From: the human T2T-CHM13v2.0 reference genome, Homo sapiens
Length of the DNA: 64,000 nucleotides
Assembly: GCF_009914755.1 (NCBI RefSeq)
Contig: NC_060934.1
Direction: 5' to 3' (one strand)
Below the pieces are notes generated by a model, which saw nothing but the letters and a program-made list of their open reading frames with translations, was not told the DNA's origin and ran no database searches. Made by a program: the position numbers and the translations under genes. The first letter of the stretch is position 1. Each line of letters starts with the position of its first letter. This document shows, piece by piece, positions 34,474 through 48,300 of the stretch.

Positions 34474-35172
34474 GTTAAAATTATTTTTAAAAGTAGTTTT
34501 TATTATTTGTTGAGCCCCTACTTTGGGCTGGGCACTTTGCTAGATGCCCTGCATAGATGACCACCCAATAGTCCTCACAGCTGCTCTTAGAGCCATGGTA
34601 GTACCATGCCCATTTTATAGATCAGAAAATGAGGGCCGGCATAATTAAGTAGCCGGCCAAAGGCGTGGCTACAGAGTTCAAACAGGGCTTGAGTGGGTCC
34701 ATCGAACTCCAGAGCTCAAGTTCTCTGCCTGGAAACTATACGTCTATTGTGTTGGGAGATTTTGGCTGCCATTGAGAAAAGGATCTACGACAAAATTACT
34801 AGTGGGAGTCCACGGGAGTGAGACCAAGCAGATGAATGTGCTGTGAAATTTGTTTCTAATTAAATCTGACACAAACTTTTAAAACATTATTATATACAGA
34901 GTTGCAAACCCCCCCCCCCAAAAAAAAATCCAAATGCCAGCCACAACCACCAATTAATCAGAGAATTATAAAAATACAGACTGCCTTTGTAGATATCTAA
35001 ATGTAGAAACCCACCTACGGAGCTGAATTAGCCCTGGAACTCCCCATGGCTGCTGCAGTCAGTAACCAGGAGAGCTCACCTACTCTCTTCTTGTGGAGGC
35101 CCCTTACTGAAAAATATCTGTTGACAGGAGGATCAACTGAAGGGTTTTTAAGTTGACTTAAAACCAGTGGGT

Positions 35173-35472
35173 AGTTAGGGTGTGGTGGCACATGCCTGTA
35201 ATCTCAGCACTTTGGGAGACTGAGGCAGGAGGACCACTTGAGCCCAGGAGTGTGAGACCAGCCTGGGCAACATAGTGAGACCCCATCTCTACAAAAAATA
35301 AAAATAAATACCTGGGCGTGGTGGTGTGCACCTGTGGTCTCAGCTACCTGGGAAGCTGAAATGGGAGGAGCGTTTGGGCCCAGGAGATTGAAGCTGCAGT
35401 GAGCCAAGATTGCGCCACTGCACTCCAGCCTGGGTGACAGAGCGAGACCCTGTCTCAAACAAATAAATAAAT
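35173..35472 (+). mobile_element. AluJ
   Basis: Alu match. Confidence 0.9.
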
Positions 35473-35834
35473 AGAAACTAGTGGCCCTCAGAAAGCTGCC
35501 TGTGAAAATATTTTGCACTTAACTGATACCCTGTGTTATTAGTGTGATATTGACGTCAGCAGCACACACTTATGTGACATGTTCTCAAAGCAGCTAGACC
35601 ATCGGCTCCTGCCACGTGGGTGGCTCCATCTCCTCCAGCCTGTCTTGAGGCTGATGACCCAGTAGGGACAATGCTCTGATGTGCTGCAATCAGATGTTAC
35701 AGGTAGAGGCTTGGGTCAATGTTAAATGCGTGTTTGACAGATGCTGCTTCCTGCAGGACTTCAGTTCATGCTAAGCTACAGGAAGTAACGATCAAGTTGG
35801 TCAAGGAGAACATGGCAAGGCAAAACTTTGACTT

Positions 35835-36457
<623 letters not shown>

Positions 36458-37337
36458 CAAAATTTTGACTTTCTTCTTAAAAAAAAAAAGGTGAATCAAA
36501 TAAGTAATAACCTCTGAAGAGGGACAACTGGGCCCTTGTAATCCTGACAGCTGGCTTCCTGAAAAATCTTCCTTTTAGGGCTTTTTCAGGCCAGCCTCTA
36601 AGGATCTACTCTTCTTTAAACTTCTGGCCCCAGTGTGGAGATAAACTCCTGTCTATTTTCCACAAGACAATTCTGATAGCACTGGAACATTAAACTAAAT
36701 GTTTATGAATCATGGAAGAGAAAGAAACAAAGAAACTCAACATGCCATCAGAGAGTCTGGCATCAAAATGCCATCCTCTCCTTTCTGGGATGCCTGATTC
36801 TTTATCCTGCTCCCTGCCTGGAAGGGGCCAAGTCCATCTGCAATGCCTGGCAATGTCTGGCAATGCCTGGAAACATCATCAGTCAGGTCTAGACACCTCA
36901 GACTCCAAACTCAGGGACAGGAGATGCAGAGAGGAGTGTGCCCTCTCCCTCACAGCCAAGATCCCCTTGCTCTGCTTCCGATGACCCAGCAATCCATTCC
37001 TTTACTCACCTGATATTTACTGAGTACTTACTATGTGCTGGATACTTGGGTGGGGGCTGAAGATGAAGGGATGGAACAACATCTCTGCCTCCCACTGCAT
37101 GGGAAGTAGCTTTGTTTGGTGGTCTCTGGGGTTCCTTCACAAGTCACCAGAGAGTCTTGCTTCTATCATAACTTATTCTGATGTTTTTACAAAAGTTTCT
37201 CTTCCACTCGCTTTGGTCTCTGCCCCAAGTGTCAAACACTGAGTTTAACCCTAAGAAAAGACTCCGACGGCTGCTTCCATTTTTACTGGGATGGGGATGA
37301 TGGGCAGCTGCACTGGACGGCCTGAGTTTCCTTAGTT

Positions 37338-37644
37338 CTTTATTTATTTATATATTTTTTTGAGACAAAGTCTCGCTCTGTCACCCAGGCTGGAGTGCAG
37401 TAGTGCGATCTTGGCTCACTGCAATCTCTGCCTCCCAGGTTCAAGCAATTCTCATGCCTCAGCCCCACCAAGTAGCTGGGATTACAGGTGGGCACCACCA
37501 TGCCTGGCTAATTTTTGTATTTTTAGTAGAGGTGGTGCTTCACCATGTTGGCCAGGCTGGTCTTGAACTCCTGACCTCAGGGGATCCTCCTGCCTGGGTC
37601 TCCCAAAGTGCTGGGATTACAGGTGTGAGCCATCACACCCAGCC
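37338..37644 (-). mobile_element. AluS
   Basis: TSD AGTTTCCT(T/C)AGTTCT. Confidence 0.95.
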
Positions 37645-38537
37645 AAGTTTCCTCAGTTCTAAGCATCAAAAGCACCGATGGTGCCAATACGCTGTCTGAG
37701 CAGAGACTTTTTAATAAAGCATGTTTTGGGATCCCTGACTGCAATGAATAAGGCATCCAGGCCATGCCTGTACCACAAACATGTTCTCTGGGGATCTTAA
37801 GTCTCCATAGGAATCCCTCTGGCCCCAGGAATTGGTTGCTGGACATACTCTACCCTATGAAGTTGATGGAATATCCACAACAAAATATCACACGGTCCAG
37901 GAAACCTGGTCAAAAAAGCCAAGTTCAAGGAAGTGCTGGGTCTCAATTCAAGTCTGAGGCCAGGGAGCAAGGCTCTGGGGCTCTCAGATCTTTCAGGACT
38001 CTGGAGTGACTGACCCAGTTCAGTTGGTGTGTCATGTGGCTGGGGAGGGACAGACGGCACAGGGGTTGGCTAAGCAGGAGGGAGAGCGGCCGGGGCTCCT
38101 TCCATCTGAGCTTCCCTGGCACCCGCCCCTGCTCTAGGATGCTCCCCTAAGTCCCAGTTCTGTGCTCATTCCCTGCACCTCGGCTCCTCAGCACCACCAG
38201 GTTCCCAGAATTCCCAGCTCTGCCCACTGCTTCCACCAAATAGAAACAACTGCAGCTGTTGTTTCTGGAGAATGGACGTCAATTGATGGACATCACTGAA
38301 TTCTCTTCCTTTAAGTTTCTCATAAAAGTTTCTATACATTTACAGCAAGTAAAGCCTATATTTTTCTGTGTATTCTAAAGTGCACTGTCTTTCATGATCT
38401 GACTACCAGGAGAGCAACTCCTCATTGGGTTACTTATTACTATTTTTATTATATTTAAAAGACTTTGCAATTTTCTTTTAAGTGATTTGTTTTGCCTTGT
38501 AATTAGATGCTGTGAATAAAACAAAAAGAGTGGGGGG

Positions 38538-38673
38538 TTTTTTTGGGTTTTTTTTTTTAGAGATGGGGTCTTGCTATATTGCCCAGGCTGGTGTCAAACT
38601 CCTGGCCTCAAGCAATCCTCCTGCCTCAGCCTCCCAGAATGTTGGGATTACGGTCTTAGCCACCTTGCCAGAC
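38538..38673 (-). mobile_element. FLAM-like monomer
   Basis: Single arm. Confidence 0.8.
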
Positions 38674-38710
38674 CTAGAAGAGTCGTAAAGTGATCTTGGG
38701 ATTGTCTTTA

Positions 38711-39070
<360 letters not shown>

Positions 39071-39104
39071 CTGTAGGATGCAATTCTTACCTCATTCTCC
39101 TAAC

Positions 39105-40482
<1,378 letters not shown>

Positions 40483-40514
40483 ACTTACTAGCCCCAAAAC
40501 CTTGCCTGACTCAC

Positions 40515-40636
40515 TGAGGAGCAGAAGTCCTTGAACTGTTTGTAACAAAAAGAATTTATCTAGACCAGTGAGAACCAGAGTGAGGCCCACATTGCCACAA
40601 TGGCACTAGCAGCTTGCTGGGGCAGCCTGGAGGAGC
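40515..40636 (-). pseudogene. Fossil exon, 122 nt, phase 1-0
   Basis: CTCTTTTCTTTGGCAG| and TCA|GTGAGT; one stop; phase matches both neighbours. Confidence 0.5.
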
Positions 40637-41109
40637 CTGCCAAAGAAAAGAGATTTGAGGCTCAAATCATGGACACTGCTGGGACCTTGACACTATCAAG
40701 ACTGCTCTGAATTACAGGAGCTGTTCTGTACTATCTGTTCTTGGAGCCAAATTTCCTAATTTTTATGTTTAATGCCAAGGACATCCATGCCTGGACTTTC
40801 TCCTGATGTGTTTATTCTTTAGTCTCCAAGAGAAAGCTTCCACTAATATCTCCTATATGCAGAAATATTGTCTGATGGAAGCAGGGAATAAATTCTAGAG
40901 AGTCAAGATAGATACTTGACTCCCTTTCTTTCAAGATTTACCTGCAGATATTTTAAACAGAGTCTATAAAAGTTGGACCCAAGCAACGAGCTAAATAGGT
41001 TTGCAAATCAGGCACTAAGAGAGCCAGCGGTGTTAGCACCTGGGAGGTGGCATGAGGCTCTGAATTCTACCTCACACACTGCATTTACCAATAGAGTATT
41101 CTGGATTGA

Positions 41110-41605
<496 letters not shown>

Positions 41606-41893
41606 TCTAGATGAAAAGGGGCAAGAGGTTTTGTCTGTCACCTTCCCATGTACTATTGCAAGGTATCTTCTTCGTTTCCCAATGGGTTCTTCAGCTCCCA
41701 GCCATCTCTCCTACTTCACAGGAGACAGGACCTCATTTTTATATCTTGCTGCCAACCCTTTCCCAAATGAAATGTGAGCAAATAAGGCTTCGGGTATCAA
41801 GTTTTATTTCAGAAGAAATCCTTAAGTGTGGAACTCAGAGGTGCTGCCCAGAGACTGAATACCTTAGCTTTTCTCTTAACCCATGATGCTTAC

Positions 41894-42155
41894 CATTAAG
41901 TTCATTTCTTTTATAGTTTCATCTCTTTTTGAAAGTATTTACATTTAATCTCACGTTAGCTTGTGCAAAGCTGATAGAAACTTTCATGACTGGGTATGTG
42001 AGCACTGCCCCTTTGCCTTCCTTTTTCCTGCCGAATTTTAGACCAAGATTTACTAGACAGATCCCCCCACAGCCATTTCTTATAACACCCAGGAAAAGTA
42101 GGAGGAACTTAAAGACTGGTATGTTGGACTCCCACTGCTGACACCACATGAACAC
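41894..42155 (-). pseudogene. Fossil exon, 262 nt, phase 0-1
   Basis: CAGCAG|GTG...AATG|GTAAGC; VFMWCQQWESNIPVFK...NTFKKR*NYKRNELN, one TGA. Confidence 0.5.
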
Positions 42156-42614
42156 CTGCTGAGTGCTTCGAGGGCTAATTCAGCATCCTAACTAGAACTG
42201 CTAAGCCTAGCCAGCTGCATGAAAAATATGTTCAGACAGTTAAATTTATTACCTCTACTTGCAGTGTAATTCATATTATGGGTTCTTCCACTGAGGACTC
42301 AGAAGTCTAATTCTCACAGGAAGCATAGTGCCTACTTAGAGAATCCAGTGGATCAGGGCTCAGGAAACCAGAACAAATGTACCCTATCCCTACCCCACTG
42401 CACCACAGAGAATAGCCAGGGCAGTACCACGGAAAGCCTCCAAAACCACCTGCACATATGGGCAATTCTGAGTCTCCCTGCATTGGTGAATGTTATTAGT
42501 AGAGGCAACCAAGAGCACCAAGAAAGACTCACCTTCAGAGACTAGCATATATTTCTCCTAAAATGTGACATTGGTTGCCACTTCAATTTTGTCTGTTTCT
42601 ATTAATTGGGTAAT

Positions 42615-42912
42615 GAGCCAGACTCAGTGGCTTATGCTTGTAATCCCAGCACTTTGAGAGGCTGAGACAGGAGGATTACTTCAGCTCAGGAGTTCATGAC
42701 CAGCTTGGGCAACATAGTGAGACCTTGTCTCTATTAAAAAAAATTAAAAAATTAGACAGGCACAGTGGTGTACACCTGTGATCCCAACTACTCAAGAGGC
42801 TGAGGTGGGAGATCACTTGAGACTAGGAGTTCAAGGCTGCAGTGAGCCATGATTGCACCACTGCACTCCAGCCTAGGCAACAGAGCAAGACCCTGTCTCT
42901 AAATAAATAAAT
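42615..42912 (+). mobile_element. AluJ
   Basis: Alu match. Confidence 0.9.
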
Positions 42913-43147
42913 ATGTAAAGAAATGTCTGAGATAATTTTATCAATGGAAGCACTCATTTTGAATGCCAAATAAATGCACATACATACCTCATCACCTTCT
43001 TCCAGGTGGCATGTCTGCCTGTTAGCAAAATTGTTTCCAAGATAAAAATATTGATATGTATTAACAGGGTTGGTTGGGGGGATATTGATTTGACAAGCCT
43101 AAAATAAGTATGGAGCCATGAAAGAAAATTTAACATTAAAATATTAA

Positions 43148-43290
43148 AGCCAGATTCTGTGGTGCACATGAGTAGCTCCAGCTACTCAGGAGGCCACGAT
43201 GAGAGGATCACTTGAGCCCAGGAGTTCCAGGCCAGCCTGGGCCATATAGTGAGACCCTGTCTCTAAAGTAAATAAACAAACAAATGAATA
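43148..43290 (+). mobile_element. Alu monomer or fragment
   Basis: Partial match. Confidence 0.75.
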
Positions 43291-43631
43291 AGATATGAAA
43301 GTAATCTGGATGTCTCCCCTTTGGTGGCTCAAAGAGACAGAGTAGGAAGGAGGACGGTTGGAGGGGAGTTCTGTGTTCTTAGCCTATATTATCCTATTGA
43401 ACTTTCACAGCAAACAGTTCACCAAGTCCTGAGGAGGAGAAGTTTGCAACAGTCACATCTATTATGCCACTCTGCCTTTTGTCAGGACCACCCTATGTCA
43501 AAAGTAACATCATTGTGTTCTTAAAGATCTCCAGAGAAAGATTTCATTCCTTCATCTCTTCTCTCTAATGGCACAAAAGAGGACACTCTGGGGAAAATTC
43601 TGCAGCCTCTATTTTCCTTTGTGGTACCACT

Positions 43632-43817
43632 GTTATTAACACACTGACTGTGTCTCTCCAAAATTCATACACCGAAGCCTTGATCCTCAGTGTGACTGTA
43701 TTTGGGTATGCAGCCTATGAAGAAGTAATTAAGGTTAAATGTAGTCATAAGGGTGGGGCCTTAATCCAACAACATTAGTGTCCTTTTTAGAAGAGACACC
43801 AGGGTGCTCTGTCTCTA

Positions 43818-43865
<48 letters not shown>

Positions 43866-44070
43866 ACTCCCTCTGTACATGCACGAAGAGGCCCTGTGAG
43901 CACACAGTGAGATGGCTGCTGTCTGTCAGTCAGAAACAGCCCTCACCAGAAACGAAACGCTGCTGGAGCCTGATCTTGGACTTCCCAGTCTCCAGAATTG
44001 TGAGAAAATATATTTCTGTTGTTTAAGCCATGCAGTCTATGGGATTTTAGCCCTAGCAGACTAAGAAAAC
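43632..44070 (+). mobile_element. MLT1A/B LTR with (CT)n(CA)n
   Basis: GTAATTAAGGTTAAATG...GGACTTCCCAGTCTCCAGAA. Confidence 0.8.
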
Positions 44071-44593
44071 CAATTCCATATGAAATGCAATTGAATCAAC
44101 CAGGGTTCTTGGTAGCAAGTAACAAAAACTGGCTCTGACTTGAAGCAATAAGAGATTTAAGGGGACATCATCTGGGGCTCTCAGAATTGCTGGGAAGCTG
44201 AAAGAACAGGTTTGGCACAGCAAAAACCATGGGAGACCTGCAGAGGAGGGTCATGCTAAGTGAAACAGAGCAACAGCTTTGCAATAAGCATTGTGACGAT
44301 GCCTGGCACTACTGTGAGGAGTCTAACCTCTGAAATTCCTCTCCTTCCCTGTTTCACATGCACCAAATCCAAAGTTCCCAAGAGCAAGAAACTGAGTGGC
44401 CAAGCTTGGGTCACCGAGCCACTCAACCTGACCAGAGCTTGAGGCAGATGGAGAGGGAAGAGGCAGTGGGAGGCAGGAACCAGGATGCCTTTGGGCCAAG
44501 ACAATGCTCAACAGAAATGTAATTCCCAGTAAGGAAATTAGGTAGCTATTGGGAAGGAAAATGGATATACTGTCACCCACAGCAATAACATAC

Positions 44594-45151
44594 GTGTCTT
44601 TCCCCAAAAGGAAGGTAGTCATTGAATATGTAGTTGCAATCAAATCCTGGCATGTGCAATGTGGCATAAGAACTTTTGCGAGCACCCATATACAACCCAT
44701 GAAGGGTAATTGTGGTCCCACTAAGCTTGATTTCCATGAGCTTGGATTGCAGCTTTTCCTTGTCCACACTTTTCCTACTCAAGGCTGCTGGCCGAGCAGT
44801 GAATTGCTTGGCATCCCTCCTGTTCGCCATTCAACTGGCAGCATTGGCAGTTGTGTTGTACTTTGGCAGTTTTCTTTCTATCCCATCTTCAAGCTTGGCT
44901 TCTTACAAGTCACGATGATTTTACAAGCATTTATTAACCTAGATCTTAATGTCGGTGGCCACTGTGAATGTCCCAGAGAAGTAAGGGATGTTCTGCAGTC
45001 ACAGATAAATCTATCAGAACAGAAAAAATGGATCCATCTGTTCCAAGTAGAATCCATGTCACATCAAAAGGAGAACCAGTGAGCCACACTAGAGGGCAAA
45101 GTGTCTTCCACTTCTCAATGACCAAAGGACACACGATCTGAGAGCCAATGT
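44594..45151 (-). pseudogene. Fossil exon, 558 nt, phase 0-0
   Basis: Acceptor TACTAAT...CTCATAG| and donor CAC|GTATGT. 186 codons with 9 stops, but the last 103 codons have one stop: EAKLEDGIERKLPKYNTTANAAS*MANRRDAKQFTARP...HGLYMGARKSSYATLHMPGFDCNYIFNDYLPFGERH. An in-register antisense ORF spans 44549-45082. Confidence 0.65.
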
Positions 45152-45374
45152 CTATGAGATGCACCATTAGTAAGAAAGAAAAAACACTGCCAAGCTATGA
45201 GACAATATTTTTGTATTATGCAGGAATTTTCTCTTATGCATATTGAAAAAGATGTTTTGGTCTTATTTCGACATAGGTTTTATAATAGATTGCTTTTACG
45301 CACATACTAAAAGGGAAACATAAGAAAAATTGCAGGCAACTTTGGATTCACACCGTGACTCTGCTGAATCACTT

Positions 45375-48300
45375 AAAAAATTTTTTTTTTAAATTTCAAT
45401 AGGTTTTTGGGGAACAGGTGGTGGTTGGTTATTTGAATAAGTTCTTTAGTGGTGATTTCTGAGATTTTGGAGCACCCATCCCCCAAGCAGTGTACACTGT
45501 ACCCAGTGTGTAGTCTTTTATTCCTCAACCCCTCCCACCCTTTCCCCTAAGTCCCCAAAGTCCAATGTATCATTCTTATGCCTTTGCGTCCTCATAACTT
45601 AGCTGCCACATATGAATGAGAGCATACGATGTTTGGTTTTCCATTCCTGAGTTACTTCACTTAGGATAGCCTCCAATTCCATCCAGGTTGCTGTGAATCC
45701 CATTATTTTACTCCTTTCTATGGCTGAGTAGTATTCCATGGTAGATACATAGAACAGTTTCTTTATTCACTCTGATTGATGGGCATTTGGGCTGGTTCCA
45801 TATTTTTGCAGTTGCAAATTTTGCTGCTGTAAACATGCGTGTGCAAGTATCTTTTTCATATAATAACTTCTTTTCCTCTTGGTAGATAACTAATAGTGGG
45901 ATTACTGGATCAAATGGTAGATCTACTTTTAGTTATTTAAGGAATCTCCACGCTGCTTTCCATAGTGGTTGTACTAGCTTACATTCCCAATAACAGTGTA
46001 AAAGTGTTCCCTTTTCACGGCATTCACGCCAACATTTACTTTCTTTTTGATTTTTTGATTAGGGCTGTTCTTGCTGGAGTAAGGTGGTATCGCATTGTGG
46101 TTTTGATTTGCATTTCTCTGATAATTAGTGATGTTGAGCATATTTCCATATGCTCGTTGGCCATTTGTACATCTTTTTTTTTGAGAATTGTCAATTCATG
46201 TCCTTAGCCCACTTTTTGATGGGATTGTCTTTTTTTTCTTGCTAATTTGTTTGAGTTTGTTGTAGATTCTGGATATTAGTCCTTTGTCAGATGTATAGAT
46301 TGTAAAGATTTTCTCCCACTCTGTGGGTTGTCTATTTACTCTGCTGATTATTTCTTTGCTGTGCAGAAGCTTTGTAGTTTAATTAAGTCCCATCTATTTA
46401 TCTTTGTTTTTGTTGCATTTGCTTTTGGGTTCTTGGTCATAAAGTCTTGCCTAAGCCAATGTTTAGAAGGGTTTTTCTGACATTATCTTCTAGAATCTTT
46501 ATGGTTTCATGTCTTAGATTTAAGTCTTTGATCCCTCTTGAGTTGATTTTTGTATGACAGGTGAGGATCCGGTTTCATTCTTCTACATGTGGCTTACCAA
46601 TTATCCCAGCACCATTTGTTGAATAGGATGTCCTTTCTTTACTTTATGTTTTTGTTTGTTTTGTTGATGACCAGTTGGCTATAAATATTTGGCTTTATTT
46701 CTGGGTTCTCTATTCTGTTCCAGCAGTCTATGTGCCTATTTTTAAAACAGTACCATGCTGTTTTGGTGACTATAGCGTTATAGTACACTTTGAAGTCAGG
46801 TAATGAGATGCTTCCAGATTTGTTCTTTTTGCTTAAGTCTTGCTTTGGCTATGCAGGCTCTTTTTTTTTTTTTTTTTTTTTTGGTTCTATGTGAATTTTA
46901 GGGTTGTTTCTTCTAGTTCTGTGAAGAATGCTGATGGTATTTTGATGGGAATTGCATCGAATTTGTAGATTGCTTTTGGCAGTATGGTCATTTTCACAAT
47001 ATTGATTCTACCCATCCATGAGCATGGGATATGTTTCCATTTGTTTGTACCATCTATGATTTCTTTCAGCAGTATTTTGTAGTTTTCCTTGTAGAGCTCT
47101 TTCAGGTCCTTGGGGTTAGGTATATTTCTAAGTTTTTTTTTTTTTTTTTCAGCTATTAGGAAAAGGGTTGAATTCTTAATTTGATTCTCAGCTTAGTTGC
47201 TGTTGGTCTATAGCAGAGCTACTGATTTGTGTACATTAATTTTGTATCCTGAAACTTTGCTGAATTCATTTACCAGTTATAGGATCTTTTTGGATGAGTC
47301 TTTAGGGTTTTCTAGGTATACGATCATATCATCAACAAACAGTGACAGTTTGACTTCCTCTTTACTGATTTGGATGCCCTTGATTTCTTTCTCTTGTCTG
47401 ACTGCTCTGTCTAGGACTTCCAATACTATGTTGAATAGAGGTGGTGAAAGTGGGCATCCTTGTCTTGTTCCAGTTCTCAGCGAGAATGCTTTCACCTTTT
47501 TCCCATTCAGTATAATGTTGGCTGTGGGTTTGTTGTAGACGGCTTTTATTACCTTAAGGTATGTCCCTGGTATGCTGATTTTGCTGAGGGTTTTAATCAA
47601 AGGGATGCTGAATTTTGTCAAATGCTTTTTCTGTGTCTATTGAGATGATCATGTGATTTTTGTTTTTAATTCCATTTACATGGTATATTACATTTATTGA
47701 CCTACGTATGTAGGTCATACCTGCATCCCTGGCATGAAACCCATTTGATCATGGTAGATTATCTTTCTGATATGCTGTTGGATTCAGTTTGCTAGTATTT
47801 TGTTGAGGATTTTTGTATCTATGTTCATCAGGGATATTGGTCTGTGGTTTTCTTTGTTATGTCCTTTGCTGGTTTGGGTATTAGGGTGATAGTGGCTTCA
47901 TATAACGATTTAGGGAGGATTCCCTTTTTACCTTGTGGAATAGTGTGAATAGGATTGGTACCAATGCTTCTTTGAATGTCTAATAAAATTCAGCTGTGAA
48001 TCTGTCTGGTCCTGAACTTTTTTTGTTGGCAATTTTTTAATTACCATTTCAGTCTCGCTGCTTGTTACTGGTATGTTCAGAGATTTTATATCTTCCTGGT
48101 TTAATCTAGGAGGATTGTATATTTCCAAGAATTTATCCATCTCCTCTAGGTTTTCTAGTTCATGCACGTAAAGGTGCTCATAGAGGCCTTGAAAAATCTT
48201 TTGTATTTCTGTAGTATGAGTTGCAATATCTCCCATTTTTCTTCGAATTGAGCTTGTTTGAATATTTTCTCTTCTTTTCTTGGTTAATCTTGCTAATGGT

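Noticed and set aside
37000-37050. Strong minus-strand donor CAG|GTGAGT
   Set aside because: It lies in an L2 3' end relic.
38242-38266. AGAAACAAC-7-GTTGTTTCT hairpin
   Set aside because: A 9-bp stem is within chance expectation for 64 kb.
44549-45082. 177-aa plus-strand ORF as a gene
   Set aside because: It has an antisense-type composition (LDFHELGLQLFLVH) and is in register with the minus-strand exon. About one ORF this long could also arise by chance.
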